From Bugula neritina (taxonomy: Eukaryota > Animalia > Bryozoa): DNA of 64,000 nucleotides. Position 1 is the first letter of the stretch. Each line of letters starts with the position of its first letter. Below are positions 24,101 to 35,910 of the stretch, piece after piece. A program made the translations under genes and the position numbers. The stretch covers positions 2,666,001 to 2,730,000 of the forward strand of contig OZ037765.1 in the NCBI GenBank assembly GCA_964035545.1. Direction: 5' to 3'. Under the pieces are notes generated by a model, which had not been told where the DNA came from, searched no databases, and worked only from the letters and a program-made list of their open reading frames with translations.

Positions 24101-27100
24101 TTGGGGTATCAACACCAACCGATACTTCTACAAATTTACCATCATTTTGAGCAAGCTATATCACAATGATATACCTACTAAGTAATCCCATACTTGGATC
24201 CATCAGATTGCACTTAGTACATTCAATAATTAAAGACAATTAACCTAATTAAAGATTTCCAATTCATGCTGAGCTCCTACATTATTTGATAAGTTTAGCA
24301 GTTCAAGTTTACACTGTTGTACTATGCTCTGCCAGCATGTTTATCATGTAGTGGCTACTATATAGAAAACATTAGCCTAGACTCTGTCACTAGTGTATAC
24401 GGTTATAATGATGTGATATGACCTGTGGTATTCCTACTCTAATAACAAGCCAAGCCTAATTATTTAAGGTATGTGTAACTGAATTTTGGTTAGAGCTGAT
24501 GGCATTAACCTCTTACAAATCATTTCCAATTTAAATGACCTAAACCATATAATTATGCTTTTTAAAGTTAATAACCAGTAATGACAAGTTGACAAACTAG
24601 AAGCTTTAGCTTGCCAGAAGCTCAATAACTGCTGATGAACTCGGTATGAAAACTTAGCTCCAAACTCAGCCATAACATTGTGAAATTCAAAATGTACACT
24701 CAACTTACTACTTGGTCCTATAGTTATAGCGATAGTAATCAACGTATTTTATTATACAAACTATACTGATATAGTTAGTAATACAATAGTAATTTACAAA
24801 TTATACTTATATTTTATACTATCACTATTGGTACTACATTTAATTCTACTATGACTAGTTGTGTTTTTATATTACTATTAGACTATCACCATTAAACTGT
24901 TGTGTAATATTAATATCATTATTAATACTATAGTCAACAATTTTAAAAGTATCACTTTTAGTATTACTGCTTTATCAAGTGTTAATATTCATACTCATAC
25001 TGTAAGTATTAGTAGTAATCTTATAGTATTACTATCAGTTATACTTGTGTCATACTACTTAGAGTTAGTCTAATCCCTAGTGATAATAATAATAACTTTA
25101 ATGAGCATGATAATTATAATATTATTTAATAATTATTATTAAACTTGATACTTGGTTTAAAAATGATACATCATCAGTGGTAATCATTATGATAATCATA
25201 ATAGTTTGATGTAAAAGAATAGCAAAACCAACATAACAAACTGAGAATAAGTCTAACACTAAGTCTAACTTCTAGTACTACATTTAGTTCTAGTTTCTAC
25301 TAATCATACAACAGTAATCAGTAATCATGTAATAACTAAGAGTACGTCTAATGAGTAATTTCACTGAAACTGATTCTGAAAGTAAAACTGAATTTAGTTC
25401 AACTTACTAAATTTAATATTAATAATATTGATTATATTCAATACCTTTCAATTTCTTTGACTAATTGCTTAGTAATAGACTAATACTAGTAATAGTAATA
25501 TTAATAGTAATAGTGATAATAATACTAACAGTGATTCACTATTAGTATTACTAATAGTGATTCACTATTAGTATTACTAATAGTAATAGTAATACTATTA
25601 GATTTAGTATTAATACTAATACTAATAGTAATAGTAATAGCATTACTAATACTATTAGTATTACTACTACTATTAGTATTATTAATACTAATAGTTAGAC
25701 TAATAGTAATAGTAAAAACTTACATTTATAGTAGATGTAATCAGTGACAGTAACACTAACAGTAACCGTAATTCAAATTGTAAACCACTCAATCGTAGAC
25801 GATAAACGTAAATTTAATCATAAATGATCATAATGACTATCACTATGAGTGTGAGTATCAGTATGTAGATATCTATAATGATTTTTAAAAAATGAGCAAA
25901 ATAGAATAAAAAATACATGTCATTGTCTGGATAAAGGAAAAATGTATGGTCATAACTCATCAGTAAAACAGTAAATGATTACAGTTACTGACAGTAACTG
26001 AGTTAGTGTTACTTGAAGTTGATGAGTAAAAGTAATGCTACGTCCAAGACCAACGGCAATTTGAATTTCAATTGTTGAACCAAACGTTAGCATTTCAAGA
26101 TAACATCATGTAGATTAAAAGTATTCATGTGTCATCAAGTGAATTTCGAAAATGTATACCTGACGTTCTGCTAACAGACAATACGCGTTGAGATGATGCA
26201 TATTGTTATCGTGTTTATTAACTAAACCGTAAACAGGCTCACGTAGTTTTAGTGTAGCCTGTGTGAGCTGCAGCGTTCATTAAAATAATAAACCTACACG
26301 ATACGGTCCAATCACAGCGCCTAATAGGCTCGGTGTGGGAGGCGTGGCCTATACTACTATCACGTCATGGTCGTTAAAATGAATTGAATGCTCCATTTCA
26401 GGGGTTATAGTGAATATTTTTATAGCAACCGTTGCACTTTTCCTTTATGTTTGATCTAACAAACGAAATTCGGATCTATCAATTTTTGTTTCTTACGCAG
26501 ATAAACCTATTAGAAGTAGCAGCAATTAATACTATTATTTAATATTTAATCATGAACTCGCAACTACTTTCAACAAACTCCACATTAATAATTCCCTCTT
26601 TCTCAGCATTGCCTCTACTCAGTTTTCTGCTGCATGGCAGGCAACATTACCGCTGACACTAAGATGTCAAAACACCTTCCTTTAATTTTACAACAAATTC
26701 TATTGACCTACACCTGTAGGAGCTTCTGTGGTGGCTTAGTTTTAACAACCACAAACATATGGCAGCGGCCAAGAACAGAAAAGATTGATCTTGCACAAAC
26801 CCCAATCTCTAGTGAATATTTTAATAATTGCTGCTCGATTTTATTTCTTGTTTGAATTATATTATTTATTATAAGCAGAAATCAGGACTTGAGTTGCAAA
26901 TACAAGTCCCTTGTTATGCAGTCTTATTGATTATACTAGTCTTAGGACCTGTTTGCTTTTGCTGTAGTATTTATGCATTTTCTACTTTCTTATGCTAATC
27001 AATGTCCATCTCAGCTTACTCAAAATTCATCCCACATTGTCCCAATAAAATATCATGCTAAACACAATGGCCATGCAATTATATATATATAGTTTTGTGT

Positions 27101-30100
27101 GCAACCTTTCTTTGTTGAGTTTTATTATTGAAAGTTGCTTTGCTTTGTGTTTGCTTAACAAAGCTGGCCTTAGGCAGCATAATGTGTTTCCACTCTTACT
27201 ACGTACAACTGAAGGAATAAACACATTCTTAACTCAAAAACGAATTGCACATTAGACTAGCTAAAGACATACTATACATCACAGTATATCAAAGTCAGGG
27301 TGTAATGTAGTGTACTATCATATAATGGACATCCTAATGTATGTTGACCCAAGTTTTGCTATGCAAGTACTATAAGTAACTACAAATGTGTGTACTCATC
27401 AATTCCTAGTGGTTTTATTTCAATTAAGGGACTAGTAAAGTTCTTGGCACATCTAATACACGACTGAGGTGCTGACATATCTAATACACAACTGAAAAGT
27501 TGACACGTTTAATCACTAACTGGGTTAGCTGACCAACTCCATATACTGTATTCTGTAACTCACAAGTGCATGCTGAGCTTTTAGGAGTTGTCTACCTGAA
27601 CATAAGCAATAGAAGCCTGGCCTCACTGTATTGTAGTTAAACTGATAGCATGAAGTTGCCCCCCCCCCAACTATGTATGCGGCTCATGTGGCCAAGGTAG
27701 GGTCCTAGGCACAAGATAGTATGGTTGGATATGTAATCAATCATCCTCTTTCTTGCAACATTTGCTTGAATCAGTTTAGCTCGTGTTCCTTGAAATCCAG
27801 ATGTAGAATACCAAGTCCTCATATCATGTGATTAGTGATATCACCTGTTCCTTATATTATATATGTACTAGTATATCTACTCAATACTCTAGTCAGCCCT
27901 ATGTGCTACTAGTTCAGCTCTATCAGGGGAGATAACAACAGTATTTTGTGTTTATTGGGTTAGTTTTACTCAACCTGTCTTTCATAAAGTTTATTATCAT
28001 CATTTGAGATCAGTGTTAGACATATTTATTCAATCCACACAATATAATTTGATTGGTTTTATTTGAATTAAAAGGGAGACAACTCTCATATCTTTCAACA
28101 GGAAAATACTTTTAGAAACTTGATACAAATTTCCTCGATTCTCGACAAGTGTTGCTTGCTTGTTATATCAATGTAGCTATTTACTTTGTTCAATCACAAA
28201 TTGCAAACAGTCATATAATAATTATTTTAAAAACTTGGAATGGTAAACATCAGTCTGCCTACTTCCACAGAACCAGTTTTAATTTCAGAAAAGAAGTTTT
28301 TTTAAGAAATTTTTTTGTGAAAAAGCAAAATTTTCTAGCATTAATTGTATTAGATTTATTTTTTATAGCTCATCTATTAAAGCAAATGTATGCAAGTTTT
28401 AGTACATTGAACAGTAGATGGTAATCTTCAACAACAAATAATCAACAGGGAGTTGTTTTCTATTTTGTAAACTGGATAATATTCCATCTTGTTATGTTTG
28501 AAGGAAAGGGAAGAGCAGGAAGAGACAGCGACAGTCACGTTCTCCTTCGGCAGACTACGATGAGAGGCGGACTATGGACGTGGAGATAATGAAGGAAGAG
28601 CACAGGTGTGTGTGTTTACTATACTTACACTTATATACAGGTGTGTGTTTACTATACTTACACTTATATACAGGTGTGTGTTTACTATACTTACACTTAT
28701 ATTATATACAGGTGTGTGTCTAATATACTTACACTTATATTATATACAGGTGTGTGTTTACTATACTTACACTTATATTATATACAGGTGTGTGTTTACT
28801 ATACTTACACTTATATTATATACAGGTGTGTGTTTACTATACTTACACTTATATTATATACAGGTGTGTGTTTACTATACTTACACTTATATACAGGTGT
28901 GTGTCTACTATACTTACACTTATATTATATACAGGTGTGTGTTTACTATACTTACACTTATATTATATACAGGTGTGTGTCTAATATACTTACACTTATA
29001 TTATATACAGGTGTGTGTTTACTATACTTACACTTATATTATATACAGGTGTGTGTTTACTATACTTACACTTATATACAGGTGTGTGTCTACTATACTT
29101 ACACTTATATTATATACAGGTGTGTGTTTACTATACTTACACTTATATTATATACAGGTGTGTGTCTAATATACTTACACCTATACTATACACAGGTGTG
29201 AAGTATGCTCAATAGTATACTGTAGTTCTGTCAACGTTGTAGGAGGCAAAAGGAAATGATGAAAGCATACGAAACTCCTGAGGAGAAACGAGCTCGCCGA
29301 TTGGCCAAAAAGGAGTTGAAAGAACGGAAGCGTAAATCTGAGATGGGTTGGGATAAAGAAACTTTAGTGAGTTTTTTAGTTCAGCGGAATTATAATTATT
29401 GAAACTGAAGCTATCAACATTAAATTGAATTTGTTTTGGAGTATTTGAAGTAGGAATATTTCTACATGAGTTCATTTGTGACAGTGTAGATGGTAAATAT
29501 GGTGTAGGTGTACACACTACACACACTTACAAGGTGCTCTGCCGTGTAATATATTCTATCGAAACAGCATGTTTTATAGTAAAACATATACATATTTCAT
29601 GTACGCTGAGTAAAACATTGCTTTCAGCAATACACCAATGAGGACAACCCGTTTGGAGATCACAACCTTACTGCAACGTTTGTATGGAAAGCTAAACTGA
29701 AGAGAGAGGGTAAATCCTTAGAGGATGCCGAAAAACACAGCAAAGCTACAATGGGGGAAAGCAGGGTGAGTTTTTCCTGGGATATACAGTGTAAAGCAGC
29801 AGAGTTTTAGTCTTTATTTTGATATTCTGACAAAATTTAAAACTTTTTGATGAGTGTTTCAGCATGAAAAGAATTGTTCACTTTTTTTGACATCACCTAA
29901 GAATTTCAACTCGACATGACTTAACTGCTCAATTTGTATTTTAGTTTTATACGTTGAGTTGTAATAAGTATCCACCACTATGCCACCAACCTTTGTTTAT
30001 TGCGTGAGTTAGTGTATCCTTTCTTATATGTCAGAATTAGGTTTTAAATCAGACTCTAGAGGTAAAGTATTGTATAAGTATTTTGTTTTAATTAAGATTG

Positions 30101-33100
30101 CCACTCCAATCATTGCCAGTCATATTAATACGCCATAACCACATGGTTGTGGGTTGGTACAGCAGTGTGTGGGGACAACTCCTTATACCCTCAGATCCTC
30201 TGGCTGGTACACCAAAGTCATTTCTCAGACTAGAAAATGTGTTCAAATTTTCTTCTTTATTTTAATTTTATAGAATTTAGGCCATAGTGCCAACATGGTT
30301 TGTGGGAAGTTCGTAGCCCACCTGAGTCTTAAGCATTGGGCTTTTACAGAATTTCCAACTATTAACAAGTTTGAAAGTTGTTTTCTCTAGATATTATTCA
30401 TATAAATATATATTCTAGAGAGAGCTGGAGAAGGTGAAGAGGAGACAGCATGAGCGGGAGATGGAGAGGGAAGCGAGAGAGAAAGAGAGAGAAATGGAAC
30501 AGAGAGAAAAGGAATCTGACTATTATTCTGCTTGGGAAAAACAAGAAGATACGGTGAGATACTTTTTATAGTAAAACTGTACTGTAATGTGTTGACAGGG
30601 AAGGATATAGAGAGGGTGTTTGATAAGGTATATGTGTATATGCTGGTGTCTGCCGAGGGGATACGGCAGGGATATATCAGTGCGTTTGTTAATGTATTAG
30701 AGAGGGTAAAGTATAGGGGTATATGTATATCTGATAGACTATTCTAGGGGTACATAGTGTAGATATATATGTATGTATATTAGTGTAATATAGGAGGGTA
30801 CAGTGAGGGTATATCTGTATATATATGTTAGTGTGTCTTTGTATGTGACTCCTGGTTTAGTTATTCTCTCGTTCTCTCTTGCCAGTTCCATCTGGACCAA
30901 GCAAAGGAGAGATCTCGCATCCGTATTGAGGATGGTAGAGCTAAGCCCATTGATCTCTTAGCCAAGTACATCAATGCAGAGGATGATGACATGTCTGTAG
31001 AAATGCATGAACCCTACACATATCTAGAGGTCAATAAACAACATCCACTCACACTACCGGAATGATAAAATATATATAAATCCATTTGTATAACTATATT
31101 GTTCCAATAGAGTTTCTTCATTGTTGTTTTGTTACAGACGATATTTTTTTAAATATTCAGTAAGCGTGAATAATTGTTTGCATTGTGTTTTATTCTTAAT
31201 ATCAAAACATTTAATGACTTGATAATTATAATTGCCTGTTATTTTTGCTAGTTGCCAGTTAATTAATAGTTCCTTTTGCTTGTTGCATATGTAAAATGAA
31301 AATTATGCTCTACATTTTAAAATTTTTAACCAATTACTTATACATATATAGTTGTTTAGAAAGCAATTAGTGTTTAGAACTCATTTGTAATATCTTTGAT
31401 CTCTTCTTTGCTTCCAGGGTCTCTCTGTGATAGACTTAGAAGATTTGTTAGAAGATATCAAGGTGTACTTAGAACTTGAGAAAGGGAAGAACCAGGACTA
31501 CTGGAGAGATATCACCACGGTTACGGAAGATCAGTTGTCACAGGCCAGACGTCTGCATCCCGGGTCGTCTGCTTATGGTTCGTATATTCCATAATGTTTT
31601 TATGACTGTGAAAAAATAACTCCTTGAATTTATTTAAATTTATTAAAGAGTTTTCTCCTCATTTGTGATGTATTATAGCCTGGTTTGCCTCCTTTTTACT
31701 TTGGTGTTTGCCTATTGCTGCTCTACAGAAGTGAGAGACAGAAGGGAAGGAATTCACACTGCTGTTAGCTCAGACGTTGAATCCATATTCAAAGGAAAGA
31801 CTCTGAAACAGCTCTCCTTACTGGAGGACCAGGTGAAGAAGAAATTGAAAGGTACAATTCGTTAATCATTACGCATAAGAATATTTTCCAAAACAATAAA
31901 TAAATTCGCAAATAATTTCAATATATCTTATAATATATTACTAGTAACTGTTCTGTGATCTTCTAAAATTGCTTATTTGTTTATTTGATTATGTTATTAG
32001 TTTCGTAATTCATAATGGGATTGCAAATGGTTTGAAAATGTAATTGAAGCTGCATTTTACAAAGATATAATCTTTATTTTTTCTAAACTTTTTTTATATA
32101 TATTGTTTTTAAGTTGTGTATAGCAGTAATTTACTTTGGTTTTTAAAGCTGATCTGCTCTGAATTGGTCAAACTTGTATAGTATGTTGGTATATGTACCA
32201 CCAGGTGGAGAGGGAGATGTTGAGGTTACATTTACCTCTACAGTGTGTTTGTATATCTACTACCAGGTGGAGAAGGAGATGTCGGCTACTGGGAGTCACT
32301 GTTGCAGCAGCTGAAGGCTCACATGGCATTCACCAGACTAAAAGAGCAGCACCAGTTTATTCTGAAGAAACGACTCGCCAAGCTGAGACAGGAGGTACAG
32401 ATCTTCTCTTTATTTCAGTAAATTCATTCTTTGAATGTCTTTCATTGTATAATTTTTGCCTCTTAAATACAGGCATTGAATATTCTTAGCTAAAAGACAT
32501 TTATTTTTTAAATATGAATTCACTTATAATATTTCAGAGCTAAAAGCATTTTTCTTTAATTTCATCTTTTTGAGCTGTTCAAACAACTGTTTCCTCATTA
32601 AAAAATTCTTTACTGATATTAGGCTATTTGTTGTGTCAACCAAAATCTCAGAAAAAGTTTCCTAATATATTCTTAAGTGTAGATCTTATAATTTCTATTG
32701 TGGCTTTTGCTGCATGTATTATGCATATTGGACTATAGTATTGTATAAGGGGTTACATTCACATGCATATCCTCTCCAGCTTGCTCTGGGGAAAGCCCTG
32801 CTCTACACAGGTTTATCTAAACGAGAGTACATTCCACTGTCCTAGTATTAACTACATTGTTTTACTAATTCTCTCAGCAAGCCTTAGAGTCCGTAGACTC
32901 TCCAAAGATTAAGGTTGAGGAGTCTCAGGAATTTAAGGAACCGCCCGCTCCGAGTGGTCCCTCTACTAGTCAACTGGCAGATAGTAAACCCTCAACTTCA
33001 GCAGAGTTGGCCGGGTAAGCGAGTTGTCATACCATCAGGTTTACAGGTTTTCCTAGTGCTTAGGGAAGTTGCCTTCTTTACTAGTAGTCTGTAGTATAGG

Positions 33101-35910
33101 TTTTGTTCTTCCCCAATTTGGGTATACAGTATACATAGTGAGTAGTATACAGTATACATAGTGAGTAGTATACAGTATATATAGTGAGTAGTATACAGTA
33201 TACATAGTGAGTAGTATACAGTATATATAGTAAGTAGTATACAGTATACATAGTGAGTAGTATATAGTATACATAGTGAGTAGTATACAGTATACATAGT
33301 GAGTAGTATACAGTATATATAGTAAGTAGTATACAGTATACATAGTGAGTAGTATATAGTATACATAGTGAGTAGTATACAGTATACATAGTGAGTAGAT
33401 ATACAGTATACATAGTGAGTAGTATACAGTATACATAGTGAGTAGTATACAGTATACATAGTGAGTAGTATATAGTATACATAGTAAGTAGTATACAGTA
33501 TACATAGTGAGTAGTATACAGTATACATAGTGAGTATATATACAGTATACATAGTGAATAGTATACAGTATACATAGTAAGTAGTATACAGTATATATAG
33601 TGAGTATATATAGTATACATAGTAAGTATAATATATACTGTATCACATACTCAGTGAGAAGGAAGAACCTTCACCCGAAGAGCCGGAAGATGGAGAAGCT
33701 GAAGACGTGGAAGATGAATATGACGAGGGAAGATGTTCACCTAAGCTCCTCACTCTTTCAGAGGTAGAGGAGGGGCTGTTGATTTATAACCCTGAAGAGG
33801 ACATGAAGCGTCTGGAGATGCAAAGGCTATCTCTACGGAATACAGGGAAGGTTCAGGTAGGCTAGCAACTAGTGACTGTCTAATGCCCTGTTCACGCTAC
33901 AGCTACAAGTGCACTACTGTTACTCCTATTACATTATGGTTATATGATTTTAGGCCTCAGTGTTTGACATGTCTAAATGCTTTAGTTGCTAATTTATTTC
34001 ATTAGCTGTTGCTGAGTGTTGATTGGATGAGTTTTTCCCTCTCGTTTCGCTTGCTACTAGCCATGATTATTTTTAACAGCTAACTTTTCTGTGTAGTGTG
34101 AGCAAGTCTTTACTCTACAATATTTTCCATTTTTCAGCAGAATCACTTTGTTTTCTTTTTTTTATAATTTTGGTATGTTTAATAGATCCATTAATTATAG
34201 TTTGTTGTGCTTTGAAAAGTTTCTACAATATTTCTATGTACCACACTCTACTGTATAGTACAGAACCAGCTCCTAGTACAGCATTGAATAGTTTATCTCA
34301 CTAAATACAGACTAAGAACTGAGACTAACAATACTCTGCTCTTGGGAGCTGTACACTTTCTTCAAGCTTAGCCTGGTTTCTACGTGTTGCAGACTGATGG
34401 GGACGGGGCGCTGGTGCAGAGAGCGAAGGAAGGGATGGCAGGAGACGAAGTTAGGTTCTCCGTCGAGTACAACTTGGAGCAGCAAAGTTTTGTGTGGAGT
34501 GACAAGTACAGACCGAGGAAGCCTAGGTTCTTCAACAGAGTTCACACTGTGAGTGACATTCTCCCCCGCCTCCTACCTCATCACTATGTGGTCCACAGTT
34601 TTGTGTAACTTTTGTGAAGTTTTCTCACTGAATTTCCCAATTGTTTCAGGGCTTTGAGTGGAATAAATACAACCAGACTCACTACGACATGGATAATCCT
34701 CCTCCGAAAATAGTCCAGGGGTACAAATTCAATGTGAGTGGTTTTCTCCCCTTCATTAATATTTTCATTCATAATATTCTAGCTAAGAATACATTTATAC
34801 TTTTTCTAAAAAATGTTCTATCTGTAGTATTCCTGTAATATAATGTATTGTAGTAACTGCAGATGGTAAAGTTATGAAAATTATATCCCACAGTATAAGT
34901 TGTTTTTATTAAGGCTCTAAAACCTTTCCTTGGTGCTCAACGGAAATTTAAATAGAAGCTTCCAAATTCTATAACATTATTTGTGGTTGAATTCCTGATT
35001 TAGCATAACTTGTAAGTTTTGAAATTTGGCCAATAACTACATGCGTTGAATTCTTGGTGTTTAAATAGTAATAGAGCAACGAAGTTGTTACTGAAACCCC
35101 TTCTAGATTTATTTGAGTTGAATAGATGTGTTTGTTAATTATATAACTGACTTGCAATGTTTTACAGATATTCTATCCGGATCTGATAGATAAAGCCAAC
35201 ACTCCGCAGTATTCAGTCATACCAATAGAAGATGACAAGGATTTCTCTGTCCTCAAGTTTGCAGCTGGTCCCCCCTATGAGGTACTTCTGTTACTCTATA
35301 CCAACTGTTCTGTTTCTCTGTTCTTTTAACATTATATAAGGGTAAAGGGTTGCTATGTGGTGGGTAAGGGGTTCACTATATGGTGGGTAAGGGGTTACTG
35401 TATGGTAGGTAAGGGGTTACTATATGGTAGGTAAGGGGTTACTATATGGTGGGTAAGGGTTACTATATGGTAGGTAAGGGGTTTGCTTCACAAGAGTAGT
35501 GGACTCAACTCCATAAGAGTTTTAATCTGATATATAGCAGAAGTTTTCTCAAGTCCTCATCACCAAGTTTTAAATTCTTCTCTGAATTTATATTTAATTT
35601 TTTTAGTATTGTATTAATACATAATAAAAGGTAAACATAAAATACATTGATGGTGGCTTTAAACTAAATCAAATTGAATATTTCGCATGCCACAGTTATG
35701 AGGCCTCAAGCCTTCTTTTGTAATATCTTACCATCTGTAGACGATGTAAATATATACTGTTTATACATAATCAACTTATTTCAGGACATTGCCTTCAAGA
35801 TAGTGAACAGAGAATGGGAGTACTCCTATAAACATGGCTTCAAATGTCAGTTCCAAAATGATATCTTCCAACTGTGGTTTCACTTTAGGAGATACAGATA
35901 CAGGAGATGA
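15170..35910 (+). CDS. CACTIN: Cactin (spliceosome C-complex factor), 16 coding exons, about 655 aa
   Basis: Exons 15170-15207, 16813-16869, 28504-28605, 29243-29366, 29628-29765, 30419-30553, 30886-31029, 31418-31577, 31729-31851, 32267-32394, 32878-33014, 33655-33856, 34393-34548, 34650-34733, 35168-35281, 35785-35910 join in frame. Motifs ETPEEKRARRLAKK, YTNEDNPFGD, GRAKPIDLLAKY, WSDKYRPRKPRFFNRVHTGFEWNKYNQTHYD and FQLWFHFRRYRYRR*. The two short RS-rich 5' exons are less certain. Confidence 0.93.
15250..16150. repeat. 6-bp-phased cryptic tract in CACTIN intron 1
   Basis: acagta acacta actgca agtgtt acagtc and ttactc atactg ttggtg ttagac ttggtc (about 15576-15660). Boundaries approximate. 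Confidence 0.75.
17599..20815. mobile_element. 3.2 kb DNA transposon with imperfect TIRs of about 30 bp; no intact transposase; superfamily unassigned
   Basis: Left end TGTGACCAGTCGCGACAAAACCGGGGATGT; right end reverse-complement TGTGACCTGGCACCACAAAACAAGGGATGT. TATA flanks both sides (possible 4-bp TSD). Confidence 0.75.
17980..19000. repeat. 6-bp-phased tract inside the TIR element
   Basis: catact gatact atcact atgact aggact; agtctg actctg agttt; ttactc ttagta. Confidence 0.7.
22605..23948 (-). CDS. Galactose-3-O-sulfotransferase-like (GAL3ST family) type II membrane protein, about 447 aa, single coding exon, nested antisense in CACTIN intron 2
   Basis: N-terminal hydrophobic anchor; 5'-PSB motif LKTHKTGSSTIQNILLRY; 3'-PB motif FITILRDPVSLFKSAFAYY; ITEYFDESLILL. 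First ATG at 23948. Acceptor at 24002 and probable 5'UTR donor at 26159. Confidence 0.9.
   Translation of the reverse strand: MSKNKLKLCIKILLCMLLADGVFLLYKYNELRQTSGASVAAFKPSHVLNSLQFGSRRDIFKKYRNKDRNLSLKQVNAILNFKDLAKARSKYTKEGNESVRSVLLLKTHKTGSSTIQNILLRYAILRNLTIALPAFKASFFWPLPFDAEEFVTKQKGITKYDFLVHHSKFHEAEMKIIMKPEAKFITILRDPVSLFKSAFAYYNMHSIRCFNTSIENIMYSPYIDSIQATGRCSSGLPVSNLQAFDLGLSMEKMDTANVDNLIQQLDRVMNIVIITEYFDESLILLRKKFNWELADIVYFKQNAQNGHSTRKANHPRKINNFIARLNGADIRIYKHFKQKFLNELDETFTKDELQSELSALHKLQGNYLDQCVETLAIANSSSFNHLAQNQIYFRPYGSNTLGYVLRNSAKSDINCRLMALPELSITYFLKGVAAHPVSFPERKSPNF
24480..26100. repeat. 6-bp-phased tract in the 5'UTR intron of the sulfotransferase gene
   Basis: tagtaa tagtaa tactat; acagta acacta acagta accgta; atgact atcact atgagt gtgagt atcagt. 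It ends about 60 bp from the putative first donor. Confidence 0.8.
26305..26370 (-). promoter_or_regulatory. Putative promoter of the nested sulfotransferase gene
   Basis: CCAAT (26308), GC-box-like GGGAGGCGTGGC (26337) and CRE/ATF-like CACGTCA (26361) cluster in a CpG-enriched patch upstream of the donor at 26159. Confidence 0.5.
28602..29200 (+). repeat. 33/38-bp minisatellite (about 16 units) starting at the CACTIN exon 3 donor
   Basis: Unit CAG|GTGTGTGTTTACTATACTTACACTTATA(TTATA)TA. It fills nearly all of intron 3. Confidence 0.95.
33120..33645. repeat. 23-bp minisatellite upstream of the CACTIN exon 12 acceptor
   Basis: agtatacatagtgagtagtatac units, with GTGAGT/GTAAGT variants. Confidence 0.95.
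35338..35482. repeat. About 22-bp minisatellite in the last CACTIN intron
   Basis: About six tatggtrggtaaggggttacta units. Confidence 0.85.

Noticed and set aside
28602-29215. Long Y/T/I/V/C-rich ORFs and a CRISPR-like look
   Set aside because: This is a pure minisatellite with no unique spacers and no cas genes, inside a eukaryotic intron.
32998-33646. Three overlapping 179-197 aa ORFs
   Set aside because: They are translations of a 23-bp minisatellite.
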